This document shows, in pieces, positions 1 through 10,200 of a stretch of 64,000 bases of DNA (position 1 is the stretch's first letter; every line of letters begins with the position of its first letter). The notes below the pieces were generated by a model. It was given only the letters and a program-made list of their open reading frames with translations, was not told where the DNA came from and searched no databases. The translations under genes were made by a program, and so were the position numbers. Source of the stretch: a virus; IMG/VR virus record IMGVR_UViG_3300030104_002421, positions 82,189 to 146,188 of that record, one strand, 5' to 3'.

Positions 1-6
1 GAATAA

Positions 7-1374
7 ATGACCAGATATAGTACAACCATGGCACAAATCCAAGAGCAGATGATGTTTGAGGAGTATATTGATGGCGTCCTTCAATTAGATGACGAGGCGT
101 TTAATGAATATTACGATAGTTTGGATAGTGACCAACAACAAGAATTAGAAGAAGTAATTGGTAAAATTGCAAAAGGAATAGGCAAGGTTGCTGTATCTCC
201 TATTACATTGCCATTTAAGGCAGTAAAAGGTATTGCAAAAGGTGTTAAGAAGGTGGCAACATCTTCTCCTGTAAAGAAAGCTGCAGGTGCAATCGCTAGA
301 GGTGCAGGTAAAGCAGCTGCCGCTGGTGCTAAAGGTGCAGTCGCAGGTGTAAAAAAAGGTATCAATAGATTATCTGTATCAGGTAGAGCAGACGCTGCTA
401 AAAAGAAGGCAGATAAAATCGCAAAGAGAAACCAAGAAAGAGAAAGACTGGCAAGAGAAAAAGATAGAGTAGACCAGGAACGCCAAAAAGCAAGAGACGC
501 TATGAAGAAAGACATAGAAAGAGAAAAAACTACCTCTGCTGAATATGATCCTAAAAAAGATAAAGAAAAAAAGGACATGAAAGAAGAAGACATAGAAGAA
601 AAATTTAAACCAACTGCTGGTGAGTTATATGTAGTAACTGCTGGCCCAGGTGATAATGCACAAAAAGTTATTGGCACAAATAAAGATTTGAAGAAAGCTC
701 AAAAGATGAGAGACGATTATAATAAAAAGAATAAACCAAGTAAACCGTCTCACAAAGCAAGAGTTTATGCACAGACTAGGGCATCACAACCTGCAAATAA
801 ATTTAAAACTGGTGATAAAATTATGTATTCTACATATGGCAACAAAGCACAGTTTACAAAAGTTAAAGAAAACTTTTTTAAAGAAGAAGTAGAAGACATA
901 GAAGAATTTTCTGATAGTCAAATCAAAAGGTTACAAAAAGAATATGAACCTTTGAGAGGTAAAGAAACTGGTGTGAATCCACAAAAGTTTGCTAAGCTTC
1001 GTAAGATGATGAAACGAATGAAGAAACCTCAATTAATGGCGCTAGTAAAAGCAAACATACCAATTCTAACATCAGCTGCGAAAGCAAGTTTGGTTATTAA
1101 TCATGGTATGAAATGGTCGTCATTACCAGAAGATTTTTTACCTTATATAGAGGTGTTCGCTGATGATACATTAGATGAACAAAAATCAAAATTTAAAAGT
1201 GTTGATACAAAAGTTTTACAAAGAGTAAGTAAAATGATGAGAGGCACAAAACAAGAGAAACAATCAATAGCAAATATGCTAAATTATTTCATGCCACCTG
1301 AAGTGGTTGATATGATTAGAGACAAGTTTGGCATTAAAATGCCAAGAGGTAAAATAAAATTTACTGATTTATAA
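7..1374 (+). CDS. Hypothetical phage protein, Lys/Glu-rich, possibly virion-internal
   Basis: 455-aa ORF, low-complexity charged segments, first of a run of late-type genes. Confidence 0.6.
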   Translation: MTRYSTTMAQIQEQMMFEEYIDGVLQLDDEAFNEYYDSLDSDQQQELEEVIGKIAKGIGKVAVSPITLPFKAVKGIAKGVKKVATSSPVKKAAGAIARGAGKAAAAGAKGAVAGVKKGINRLSVSGRADAAKKKADKIAKRNQERERLAREKDRVDQERQKARDAMKKDIEREKTTSAEYDPKKDKEKKDMKEEDIEEKFKPTAGELYVVTAGPGDNAQKVIGTNKDLKKAQKMRDDYNKKNKPSKPSHKARVYAQTRASQPANKFKTGDKIMYSTYGNKAQFTKVKENFFKEEVEDIEEFSDSQIKRLQKEYEPLRGKETGVNPQKFAKLRKMMKRMKKPQLMALVKANIPILTSAAKASLVINHGMKWSSLPEDFLPYIEVFADDTLDEQKSKFKSVDTKVLQRVSKMMRGTKQEKQSIANMLNYFMPPEVVDMIRDKFGIKMPRGKIKFTDL

Positions 1375-1386
1375 AGGGAGACTAAA

Positions 1387-2094
1387 ATGACTGACAAAAA
1401 AATAAAAGGCTGGAATAGTTCGTATTTTGGCGAAGCAAAACCAGGAAGTTTGAAAGATGTAATACAAAATATTACTAACAAACAAAATGCATTAGTAGGT
1501 GATAAACCTGTTGTTGCAGACCCAATTACACCTGAACAAGTAGCAAACAAAGAAAAGTTTAATACTGAAGCAAAATATACTGTTTCTATTGAAACAAATA
1601 AAAACGATAAATCTGATGACGGTGAAGGCTTAGACGCTGTACAACCTAAAGCAGTAAAGAAGAAGTTTAAAGATAGAAAAGACAAAGACATTGACAATGA
1701 TGGTGATGTAGATAGTTCAGATAAATTTCTTCACAAAAGACGAAAAGCAATCTCAAAGGCAGTAAAAAAAGATGAAGGCGCTATGAAGCGTGGTGACCAT
1801 TTAGATACTTTTAAACCTAAACCTAAAAAAGAAAAACATAAACCAGGACATGATGAAGATGAAAAAGGTAAAGATAAGAATGGTGTAAAGGTTCATGGTG
1901 AACAAGCTGACAAATGGGAAGCAGTAAGAGCATTTAAAGTATCATCTATGAAAGACGCTTTAGCAAAAGTATATGCTGAAAAATTAGAAGATGATGATAC
2001 ACCAGAGGTAAAAGATACTATCAAAGGTCTTAAAAAAGCAAGTCAATCACATGCTAAACAGGCTAAATCTTTAGAAAAACAAATTAAAGATTAA
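1387..2094 (+). CDS. Hypothetical T4-like protein with DxDxDG (EF-hand-like) motif
   Basis: DIDNDGDVDSSDKFLHKRRKAI motif; SD gggag upstream. Confidence 0.6.
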   Translation: MTDKKIKGWNSSYFGEAKPGSLKDVIQNITNKQNALVGDKPVVADPITPEQVANKEKFNTEAKYTVSIETNKNDKSDDGEGLDAVQPKAVKKKFKDRKDKDIDNDGDVDSSDKFLHKRRKAISKAVKKDEGAMKRGDHLDTFKPKPKKEKHKPGHDEDEKGKDKNGVKVHGEQADKWEAVRAFKVSSMKDALAKVYAEKLEDDDTPEVKDTIKGLKKASQSHAKQAKSLEKQIKD

Positions 2095-2095
2095 C

Positions 2096-2686
2096 ATGAA
2101 GTATTCCGCTCTGGCGGAGACGATTAAAGGCATCCATATTATACAGGAAGCAGATAGTCTCCCAACTATATACTGTGATATGGATGGCGTCTTGGTAGAT
2201 TTTGCCAAAGGCATTGATAAAATGTTTACGCTTAAATCTAAAGACCCAAGTATGCCGGGACCTATGCAAACGGCAGGTTATTCTGACGCCAAAGATTGGT
2301 TAAAAGCACCAATGACGGCGGCAAAATGGCAACCTATACATGATTACCCTATGTTTTGGCCTACACTACCGTGGATGAAAGACGGTTTAAAATTGTGGTC
2401 CTACATAAGGAAATTCAATCCACACATTCTATCTGCCTATACACCATTTGATAAGAATAGTATTAAAGGTAAACAATTGTGGATACAACGAAACTTAAAA
2501 CTAACGGACTCTAGTAGAATCCATTTAGTTAGAAGAAGTGAGAAGCGAGTATATGCTAATGGTAATGTATTAATTGATGATTATGGTAAGAATACTAAAG
2601 AATGGAAAAATTACAAAGGTATTCCTATCAAACATAAATCCGCTTCAAGTACAATTTCCTCGTTAAGAAAACTTGGATTTGTATAA
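2096..2686 (+). CDS. HAD-family 5'(3')-deoxyribonucleotidase-like protein
   Basis: IYCDMDGVLVDF (motif I) and LIDDY (motif IV). Confidence 0.8.
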   Translation: MKYSALAETIKGIHIIQEADSLPTIYCDMDGVLVDFAKGIDKMFTLKSKDPSMPGPMQTAGYSDAKDWLKAPMTAAKWQPIHDYPMFWPTLPWMKDGLKLWSYIRKFNPHILSAYTPFDKNSIKGKQLWIQRNLKLTDSSRIHLVRRSEKRVYANGNVLIDDYGKNTKEWKNYKGIPIKHKSASSTISSLRKLGFV

Positions 2687-2689
2687 ATA
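2682..2689 (+). promoter_or_regulatory. T4-type late promoter
   Basis: TATAAATA upstream of 2738 gene with AAGGAG SD. Confidence 0.75.
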
Positions 2690-2737
2690 GTAGTTAATAA
2701 CTAGTTATAAACAAAACTTAATTAAGGAGAATTAAAA

Positions 2738-3490
2738 ATGGGACTATGGGGAAAATCTACTTCCGCAGATAGTAGACCAAAGTTTCTGAAAGGTGACGGC
2801 GCTGAAGGTGCAGGGGGCAAATTAGAAGACGCTCTAGCAACAACTAGAGGCTGGGAACTTAAAGCAGGAACAGCGGCAAGCGGAAACGACAACGCTAGTG
2901 CTCAGAGTGAAATTTTAGTCGCAATAGGCGGACTATCTTCTACACTTGGCGCTGCTAACTTAATGTCTGTTGACTGGACTGATGGAACTTACGGACACGC
3001 AGGTTCAACTGACTTTGATATCGTATTTACATATGACGAAGCAGTTACAGTAACATCAGCAACGGCAACGGCAAACAACACAATTTCAAACAAAGTATTT
3101 ACATCAATGCAAATATTAGGTCCAACTGATATGGCTTCAGACGCTGATATGAAAATGCAATACTACTCTGGTAGTGGTACAAACAGAATTGTATTTAGAG
3201 GTAGAATACCTGCAGCTGGTGTTGCAGGCGGTTATATCGCAATTGCAGACGCTACAGCGGCAATGGCAACAGACGGATCTTCAGCAATGGTTGATGGTAA
3301 CGGAACAACCGTACCTTCAGCAGACGCCGACCACGCAGGTGGTTCAGCGGCAGCAGGTGCTGATGGTGGAAGTTCAATTTGGGGAACCGCTATTAAGCGT
3401 ACTGGTTCTTCATCAATGACTTTAGAAACTAAAACTGGTTCATCAAGTGGAACATCTTCACTTGTTTTAACTGGTGTTGTTTTAGGTTAA
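2738..3490 (+). CDS. Probable virion structural protein
   Basis: Gly/Ala/Ser/Thr-rich, MGLWG start, late promoter, strong SD. Confidence 0.55.
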   Translation: MGLWGKSTSADSRPKFLKGDGAEGAGGKLEDALATTRGWELKAGTAASGNDNASAQSEILVAIGGLSSTLGAANLMSVDWTDGTYGHAGSTDFDIVFTYDEAVTVTSATATANNTISNKVFTSMQILGPTDMASDADMKMQYYSGSGTNRIVFRGRIPAAGVAGGYIAIADATAAMATDGSSAMVDGNGTTVPSADADHAGGSAAAGADGGSSIWGTAIKRTGSSSMTLETKTGSSSGTSSLVLTGVVLG

Positions 3491-3503
3491 TAAATAGAAT
3501 TAA

Positions 3504-3585
3504 ATGGGGAGAAATAACTCCCCATATAATGATGAGAGTAAAGCGTATGCATACTCTCAGTAGCATTCCCCTAATACATACGGGG
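3504..3585 (+). ncRNA. Structured intergenic/leader RNA (three hairpins)
   Basis: ATGGGGAG/CTCCCCAT, TGAGAGTA/TACTCTCA, CCCC/GGGG stems. Confidence 0.5.
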
Positions 3586-3607
3586 TTTATATAAGGAGAA
3601 AAAAAAC

Positions 3608-4279
3608 ATGGCTGATAAAAAAATCACAGCTTTAACTGACCTAGGTTCTGGTAACATAGCGTCAGCTGACTTACTACATGTTATTGATGATCCATCTGGA
3701 ACACCAATTAACAAAAAAATATCTATAGCGAGTTTGTTCGCTTCAATTCCAACTGCTGTTGCAATCAATCCAGGTGCTTCTGCTAATGTAACAATTAACA
3801 GTTCAGCAACGGACTCTGACTTTATCGTTTCAAATGATGACGAAGAAGCATTTAGAGTAGATGGTGCAAATAGAGAGGTTGTTATTAACGAAGCTTCAGG
3901 ACAAACAGACCTTAGAGCGGAAACTAACAGTTACTCAACTGCTTTACTTGTTGACGCTTCTGCTGATAATGTACAAATCAACGCTACACCAGTTTTTGGG
4001 TTAACTCAATTACTAACAGGTGCAGGTGCGGTTGATGTTGTTTCTGCTATCACAGAGGTAGTATCAACAGGTGCTCAAGCAGGAACTTTTGCTGACGGAG
4101 TAGAAGGTCAAATTAAGTTTATTGTTATGAAAACTGACGGTGGAGATTATACAATTACACCAACAAACTTTAATAGTGGTTCAACAATCACTCTTAATGA
4201 CGCTGGTGACGCTGTATTATTACTATTCACAAATAGTGCATGGTACTTAATTTCTAACCAAGGTGCGACAATAGCATAA
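3608..4279 (+). CDS. Probable virion structural/decoration protein
   Basis: [12 protein letters not shown] start, beta-rich composition, AAGGAG SD. Confidence 0.55.
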   Translation: MADKKITALTDLGSGNIASADLLHVIDDPSGTPINKKISIASLFASIPTAVAINPGASANVTINSSATDSDFIVSNDDEEAFRVDGANREVVINEASGQTDLRAETNSYSTALLVDASADNVQINATPVFGLTQLLTGAGAVDVVSAITEVVSTGAQAGTFADGVEGQIKFIVMKTDGGDYTITPTNFNSGSTITLNDAGDAVLLLFTNSAWYLISNQGATIA

Positions 4280-4292
4280 TAATTAATTAGTG

Positions 4293-4315
4293 AGGGCGCT
4301 ACGGCGCCCTTTCTT
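4293..4315 (+). terminator. Intrinsic terminator-like hairpin
   Basis: AGGGCGC-TACG-GCGCCCT (UNCG loop) followed by TTCTT. Confidence 0.65.
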
Positions 4316-4329
4316 ACCATGGAGTAAAT

Positions 4330-4545
4330 ATGAATAAAGAAACACTTGAAGCGAAAAAGACACAGTTACTAGAAAATAAATCAATAGTAATGAACCAGAT
4401 AAATGACGGTACAAGACTATTAGAAAAGGCGAAAGCAGATTTGAATGCCCTTTTAGGTGCCATTCAGGTCGTTGACCAACTTTTGGAAGAAACTGGAGAC
4501 ATAGATAGGTCAAAGGAGGCGAATAAAGATGGTACAAAGAATTAG
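4330..4545 (+). CDS. Hypothetical coiled-coil protein
   Basis: ORF with GGAG SD. Confidence 0.6.
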   Translation: MNKETLEAKKTQLLENKSIVMNQINDGTRLLEKAKADLNALLGAIQVVDQLLEETGDIDRSKEANKDGTKN

Positions 4546-4750
4546 ATACGGTGCAGGGGGCGTTCCTTACTATGAACAAACAACTGACATTGAAAAAGAA
4601 AAGGCTGAATTAGAGGCAAGTTTAAAACAATCTAAAGCGGCAAAAAAAGAACGCCAAGATAAGGCGAAAAAGAAAAAGAAAAAAGTAATACAGGAAATCA
4701 TGGGAGATGACCTGAACGAAGAAAAGGAGTTATTAGATGAAATCATTTAA
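4529..4750 (+). CDS. Hypothetical protein
   Basis: ORF with AGGAGG SD, overlaps neighbours. Confidence 0.6.
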   Translation: MVQRIRYGAGGVPYYEQTTDIEKEKAELEASLKQSKAAKKERQDKAKKKKKKVIQEIMGDDLNEEKELLDEII

Positions 4751-5168
4751 AGAGTTTGACAACAAACAGATAGATGAAGTATTAGCTAAAACTACTCCGG
4801 TCAATGCACCTGCTGATAGTGATATGGCATTAAACGATATTACAAATGATGAAATCGTTAGTCGTATAAATCACTTTGTTGGTTCAATTGCAAGTATGGA
4901 ACATATTAATCCAATGGCTGCAGTTAATCATTTAAGAAGTAAGTTACATGGACTAGGTGTAGAGTTTGCTGGGGAAGTTTCTATGCCAGAAACAGTAAAA
5001 AACGGAACAGTTAGTATACCATTAAGTAAATTTGGTGGTGTGTATGGAAAAACAGGTGAAGAACCTGCAGGTGAGGTAAAAAATGATGATGGTGTGGTAA
5101 GAAATTTATCTCTTACATACGAAACATTAAAAAACGGAGCATGCAAGGTTTACGCTAAATTAGTTTAG
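4737..5168 (+). CDS. Hypothetical T4-like protein
   Basis: MKSFKEF N-terminus typical of T4-like head-internal proteins. Confidence 0.6.
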   Translation: MKSFKEFDNKQIDEVLAKTTPVNAPADSDMALNDITNDEIVSRINHFVGSIASMEHINPMAAVNHLRSKLHGLGVEFAGEVSMPETVKNGTVSIPLSKFGGVYGKTGEEPAGEVKNDDGVVRNLSLTYETLKNGACKVYAKLV

Positions 5169-5176
5169 GACCTAGA

Positions 5177-5542
5177 ATGAGATTTGATAAGCTAACGAAG
5201 GACAATGTCCTTATGTTCGCAATACAAAATTACGACAATCCTCAGGCAGAGGGTGAAAAAGAGTTTTATGATGACATGAAACGCTTTAAGTATCTTAAAC
5301 GATTGTTTAAGAAGTTCAGTAAGACTGGCATACTTAAAGAACGATTGATTATGAACCACATAATTGTATTAGCAAATGTGTTTGGTCCAGAAGCAGTCAA
5401 AGTTTTATTATTCTTTAAGATTGACCAAATGTTTTGGCCACAATTGAAAACTTTTTTAATATTTTTGAATTATATGACTATGGACGAATTGACACAAATC
5501 TCTTTAGATGATAAACTATTAGAAACCTTAAAGGGGATATAA
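5177..5542 (+). CDS. Conserved hypothetical protein of marine T4-like phages
   Basis: FAIQNYDNP...FYDDMKRFKYLKRL motif. Confidence 0.7.
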   Translation: MRFDKLTKDNVLMFAIQNYDNPQAEGEKEFYDDMKRFKYLKRLFKKFSKTGILKERLIMNHIIVLANVFGPEAVKVLLFFKIDQMFWPQLKTFLIFLNYMTMDELTQISLDDKLLETLKGI

Positions 5543-6148
5543 ATGGCAAGCAGAGCAATAGACGCTTTTATTACTTTTCGTTTTTTAAAATTGTTAGTAA
5601 CGCCATTTAATAAGACTGAGGCATTTAAGTTAGGTATTATTAATGATAGAGGTAAAGTTTTAAGAAGATATAAGACACTTGAGCGAATAGAAGAAAGGCA
5701 AGCATATACTATTTTACACAGGCTCGTTTTCAATATAAAGAAATTAATTGAAAAGATTCCTGGTGGTAAGTCCAGATTGGCGAGTTATGCTGCCGCTCTA
5801 TTTCTTATTAAAGAACATGTTGACCAAATGCATGATAGTGATGGAGAATTACTTGAAAAAGAGTTTTATAAATATTTAAAAGATAATGATTTAATTGAAG
5901 AAGATGATGGTATCATAAGAGAAGATATCTCATTTGCAGATAAATTATTAAAAGGTTCTTACAGATTAGTAAATGATGTAGGGACAGATGAGGATGATAA
6001 AGTGATTGGAAAAAGAGGCGACATAGTATCAGTATATGCTGATAGTCATGCCAAAGATAATGTTATGGGACAGGATGTATTTGAAGTTATACACGATAAA
6101 ACAAAAGATGTTTTATTAGTAACAGTAGAGGATATAGAAGAAGCATGA
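5543..6148 (+). CDS. Conserved T4-like hypothetical protein
   Basis: FRFLKLLVTPFNKTEAFKLGIIND...YAAALFLIKE motif, upstream of primase region. Confidence 0.65.
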   Translation: MASRAIDAFITFRFLKLLVTPFNKTEAFKLGIINDRGKVLRRYKTLERIEERQAYTILHRLVFNIKKLIEKIPGGKSRLASYAAALFLIKEHVDQMHDSDGELLEKEFYKYLKDNDLIEEDDGIIREDISFADKLLKGSYRLVNDVGTDEDDKVIGKRGDIVSVYADSHAKDNVMGQDVFEVIHDKTKDVLLVTVEDIEEA

Positions 6149-7221
6149 CCAGGAGTTTTTCAGATTTTTCAGCAGGTTTACTTGCATTGAAAGAGAGTTT
6201 AGAAAAGAAAGAAGACATAGCAAATGTCGCTGGTGATGGTGCGGTTTCTATGCCACCCACAGCAAGAAAACCTATCAAAAGAAAGAAGATGACATTTAAT
6301 GTCTCTCCAGAAGTTTTTGCCGCTTTTAAAAAAGGTAAATCAAAGTTTGAAAAATGGTCAAAATATTTAGACCTAACTGACGAAAGTCAAGCAGCGATAT
6401 ATTCCTGGGCAATCAAAAATCATACAGGTGTTATTATACTACAAAATTCTGTAACAGGAGAAATAAGAGCGATTAGACATAATAGAATGGGTGGTGGACA
6501 ATGGCACAAATTATCCAGAGGTTTAAAAACAGAAGCAAGTGAATTACCAAAAGAAGTTTTAGATGACGCTGAAGATATAGTAAAAGATTTAAAATCTAAA
6601 AAAGCAGACTTTGTAAAAAGATATGGCAAAGACGCTAAGAAAGTTATGTATGCTACAGCAATGAAACAAGCAAAAGCAAAACATGGCATAGAGGGTAAAG
6701 AATTTGGTTCTATTATCAAACAAATTAAAGATAGTATAGATAACATTGGTGTTAAAAAAGAAAGTATTAATACACAAGCAGAAAAACAATTGTATGAAAC
6801 ACCAGCAAAACCACACGAAAACAATATAACAGTTTTACGAAATATAGTAAAAGAAAATGTTACAAAGAAAGTAATTTTTGAAAAAGCAGGAACTATGAGG
6901 GTTGATCCTGAAACTGCTAAAACATTATTATCCGTATATGATGAATTAGATGAAGCATTAAAGAGTAAGTTTCAAAAGATGTTAAACTTTAATCAAATGG
7001 GTCTTAAATCATTAAGAAACATGGCATACGAAATCGCAACATACGGTGAACCTCAAGGTCTAGCAAGACCTATTGCGAGTATAGGTAATATGAAATCACC
7101 AAGAAGTCGTCCAGCATACGCTTTAAATGCAAAAAAGAAGAAAGAAATTAAATCTACGGCAAAAGGTCCTGGTCTAGGTACATCTATGCCTATGATGAAT
7201 ATAACAGCGAGGAAGAAATAA
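6145..7221 (+). CDS. Hypothetical protein
   Basis: 358-aa ORF, translationally coupled. Confidence 0.6.
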   Translation: MTRSFSDFSAGLLALKESLEKKEDIANVAGDGAVSMPPTARKPIKRKKMTFNVSPEVFAAFKKGKSKFEKWSKYLDLTDESQAAIYSWAIKNHTGVIILQNSVTGEIRAIRHNRMGGGQWHKLSRGLKTEASELPKEVLDDAEDIVKDLKSKKADFVKRYGKDAKKVMYATAMKQAKAKHGIEGKEFGSIIKQIKDSIDNIGVKKESINTQAEKQLYETPAKPHENNITVLRNIVKENVTKKVIFEKAGTMRVDPETAKTLLSVYDELDEALKSKFQKMLNFNQMGLKSLRNMAYEIATYGEPQGLARPIASIGNMKSPRSRPAYALNAKKKKEIKSTAKGPGLGTSMPMMNITARKK

Positions 7222-7970
7222 TGTTAGGACTACAACCAGAATTTTCGTGGAAGAACTCCACAATACTTGCCAAAGCGTCAGCAACGGCATACAATAATTT
7301 AAGTGCTTTTCAAAAGCAATTTGATCCAGAAGCAGTAATGTTTGATAAAGACGGTACACAGGTGTTTTGTTGGAAAGATGATAAACATGCTTGTGTTGCA
7401 TTTAGAGGTACAGAACCAAATCAATGGTCTGATATTAAAGCAGACTTAAAAATAAGACGAGTAAAATGTCCTACAGGATTTGTACATAGAGGATTTAGAG
7501 ACGCTTTAGACGAAGTATGGACAGATGTAGTGGCATGGATATCTAAACAAAAATGTCAACATGTATTCTTTACTGGTCATAGTTTAGGTGGTGCATTAGC
7601 AACACTAGCTGCAAGTAGATGGAACACAGTAACAACACATCTATACACATATGGATCACCAAGAGTAGGTGGTAAGAAGTTTATACAATCATTTCTTACA
7701 AGAAACAGATATAGATTTAGAAACAATAACGATATAGTAACAAGAGTACCATTTGAGATATTTGGATATAAACATGTATCAGGTGAAGGTGGTAACTTTA
7801 TCTATTTTGATATTGATGGTAATGTTGCAACAAAATTTAGTAGATGGTATATGTTTAAACAATGGTGGAAAGGTACATTTAGAGGTGTATCACATTTAAA
7901 AGTAGATGGTTTTAGCGACCATTCTATGACTAACTACTACGAATATTGTAAAAGAGAAATGGATAAGTAA
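7221..7970 (+). CDS. Lipase class 3 (alpha/beta hydrolase)
   Basis: VAFRGT, VHRGF, TGHSLGG nucleophile elbow, YGSPRVG, NNNDIVTRVP, terminal DH. Confidence 0.9.
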   Translation: MLGLQPEFSWKNSTILAKASATAYNNLSAFQKQFDPEAVMFDKDGTQVFCWKDDKHACVAFRGTEPNQWSDIKADLKIRRVKCPTGFVHRGFRDALDEVWTDVVAWISKQKCQHVFFTGHSLGGALATLAASRWNTVTTHLYTYGSPRVGGKKFIQSFLTRNRYRFRNNNDIVTRVPFEIFGYKHVSGEGGNFIYFDIDGNVATKFSRWYMFKQWWKGTFRGVSHLKVDGFSDHSMTNYYEYCKREMDK

Positions 7971-8257
7971 TGTGGGATATGATTGAAAGAATGGCAAGTG
8001 ATAGATTGTGGATTTATACTGCTATTTTTGGGTCATTGTTTGGCGCTGCTTTTTTATTTTGGTTTAAAGATACAAGAATGGCAACATGGGGTGTGGCAAA
8101 GTTTGACCGCACATTAGAATTTTTAGTAAAGCGTTGGGGTTGGACTTGGTTACAAAATGACCCAGAGGCATGGCGTAAGAAATATCCTAAAATTACATCA
8201 AAGATAGACGATTTAGAGGAGAGGATCAAAGATTTAGAAAAATTTGATAATCAATAA
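7970..8257 (+). CDS. Small membrane protein
   Basis: One N-terminal hydrophobic helix. Confidence 0.6.
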   Translation: MWDMIERMASDRLWIYTAIFGSLFGAAFLFWFKDTRMATWGVAKFDRTLEFLVKRWGWTWLQNDPEAWRKKYPKITSKIDDLEERIKDLEKFDNQ

Positions 8258-8273
8258 AGAAAGTGATTAAGAT

Positions 8274-8738
8274 ATGAAAATAAGCGATAATACATCCGTG
8301 GCAATGCCAATGAGGAATTTAATTTCCATTGTTGTAGCTGTAGGATTAGGTGTATGGGCCTACTTTGGGATAGTTGAAAGATTAAACCAAGCAGAAACAA
8401 ATATCATTTTAATTAAAGAAGATATTACTAACGAAACTAATAGACTTGATGGTACAATTTTAAGTTTAAAAGAAGGTGATATTGATGAAAACACAGAATT
8501 TAGGATTAAATGGCCGAGAGGAGAAATGGGTACTCTTCCAGCTGATAGTGAACAATATATGCTGATAGAATTTCTATCAGGACAAGTGGAAACTATGCAG
8601 GCACAAATGGAAGGTATGATGAATAATTCCGTGAACATTAAGAGGTTGCAAACTGATATTGAAAAGATGTTATCAGATATAGAAGAACTAAAGGATAGAG
8701 TTAGACAAAATGGTTCTAATATGACAATTGGGGAGTAA
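8274..8738 (+). CDS. Membrane-anchored coiled-coil protein
   Basis: TM segment LISIVVAVGLGVWAYFGIV then heptad-like region. Confidence 0.6.
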   Translation: MKISDNTSVAMPMRNLISIVVAVGLGVWAYFGIVERLNQAETNIILIKEDITNETNRLDGTILSLKEGDIDENTEFRIKWPRGEMGTLPADSEQYMLIEFLSGQVETMQAQMEGMMNNSVNIKRLQTDIEKMLSDIEELKDRVRQNGSNMTIGE

Positions 8739-8740
8739 AT

Positions 8741-8983
8741 ATGGAAAATGTATTAGTATGGGCTTTGCTAATGTTTTATAGTGAAGGCAGCAATATAAAT
8801 GATTTTAACACAGCTGATGAATTTACATTAACAGACGGATTAACTAAATGTTTATCAATGAAAAGAGAAGCAACAAGAAATTCAGATAATGTACAATGGA
8901 GATGTATGCAAGCGAAAGTAGATTTAGAAGTTGACGCTACTGGAACTTTACATATATTGAGGTTAAAAGAAGAAGTAAAATAA
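8741..8983 (+). CDS. Hypothetical exported protein
   Basis: Signal-like N-terminus, two Cys, GGGAG SD. Confidence 0.55.
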   Translation: MENVLVWALLMFYSEGSNINDFNTADEFTLTDGLTKCLSMKREATRNSDNVQWRCMQAKVDLEVDATGTLHILRLKEEVK

Positions 8984-8986
8984 ATA

Positions 8987-9439
8987 ATGTTTAGTAGTTT
9001 AAAAATAGGTTTGGTTTTGTTAATGATGGCAGGTGCCGGTGGAGGTTTTCTATATGTCAAAAAATTACAAAAAGATAACGAAATACTTAAAGTTAATCAA
9101 GCAAAACTTGAAACGGCAGTTGAGGAAAGTTCAGCTGTCATTGAACAACAAACGAAAGACTTGGGGCAAATACGAGAAACATTAAAAGAAGTTGAAGCTC
9201 AAAAGGCAAAACTACAAAAAGATAAAGACGCTTTAAGTAACAGACTAGGTAAGCATGATATTGGTAATCTTGCAGAAAACAAACCTGGTCTAGTAGAAAA
9301 AATAATTAACAAAGCAAGTGATAGTGCTACCAGATGTTTAGAAATTGCAAGTGGTAGTCCTTTGACGGAAGAGGAGATAAATGGAACGCCTAATAGGGAA
9401 TGTCCTGGTTTTTGGCCTGACGATACTGTTTCTGAATAG
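8987..9439 (+). CDS. Putative inner-membrane spanin (Rz-like)
   Basis: N-terminal TM, long coiled coil, C-terminal Cys pair; overlapped by a lipoprotein gene in another frame. Confidence 0.65.
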   Translation: MFSSLKIGLVLLMMAGAGGGFLYVKKLQKDNEILKVNQAKLETAVEESSAVIEQQTKDLGQIRETLKEVEAQKAKLQKDKDALSNRLGKHDIGNLAENKPGLVEKIINKASDSATRCLEIASGSPLTEEEINGTPNRECPGFWPDDTVSE

Positions 9440-9746
9440 TTGCGCTGGGTTAGCGGTAAAGGAGATATCTAATTATAAGATTGAAAAAAAGCGGGAACCG
9501 TTAGCGTTAGATGCTCCTACCCCTTTAGACTTACAGGATGTAGATTGGATTATAATAACTAAAGATAATGCTAACGAAGTTTTTGAAAAGATTAAAAATG
9601 ATAAGAATGGTGATTATGCTTTGTTTGCAGTTACAGATAAAGGTTATGAAAAACTTGCTCTGAACATGGCAGATATCAGAAACAAGTTGGCGGAACAAAG
9701 ACAAATAATTCTGTCATATAAGGAATACTACGAGGGTGGCGAATAA
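9381..9746 (+). CDS. Putative outer-membrane spanin lipoprotein (Rz1-like)
   Basis: Lipobox FLNSC, GAGGAG SD, starts inside the upstream gene. Confidence 0.65.
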   Translation: MERLIGNVLVFGLTILFLNSCAGLAVKEISNYKIEKKREPLALDAPTPLDLQDVDWIIITKDNANEVFEKIKNDKNGDYALFAVTDKGYEKLALNMADIRNKLAEQRQIILSYKEYYEGGE

Positions 9747-10200
9747 CATAGATGATTTGGTTAAAGATATTGCAACGCTAAAGGCTGATGTCAAACAATC
9801 AAGTCAAATACATTCAAGGTTAGATGACGCTATAGTTAGATTAACTGATATTTCTTCAAGTATCAAATCTATGTTAGCAGTACATGATGAGAAGATAAGA
9901 CGAGTTGATTCCTCACAGGAAGATATTCTATCTCTACTAGAAGATAGAAGACGAGAATGGGAAGTTGACTTAAAAGAATTACATAGTAGAATATCGACAC
10001 AAGGACGAGAATTACGAGAGGCAATCCAAGATACTACTTTACGAGGTGAAAGACAACACCGTGAACACGCTGAAGCTATTGAGAAAGTTGAAGACGCTTT
10101 ATCTAATAGAGTTGGCGTGTTAGAAAAATGGCGATGGTTAATTATTGGTGGTGCAATACTACTAGGTTTTATTATACAAAACATGGATATGTTTGGATGA
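9736..10200 (+). CDS. Coiled-coil protein with C-terminal TM (holin-like candidate)
   Basis: LEKWRWLIIGGAILLGFII C-terminal helix. Confidence 0.5.
   Translation: MANNIDDLVKDIATLKADVKQSSQIHSRLDDAIVRLTDISSSIKSMLAVHDEKIRRVDSSQEDILSLLEDRRREWEVDLKELHSRISTQGRELREAIQDTTLRGERQHREHAEAIEKVEDALSNRVGVLEKWRWLIIGGAILLGFIIQNMDMFG

Noticed and set aside
111-677. Long antisense ORFs in the track (also 1284-1697, 6420-6824, 9804-10184, 49286-50206, 50384-50956)
   Set aside because: Shadows of real genes on the opposite strand; no SD or recognisable motifs.
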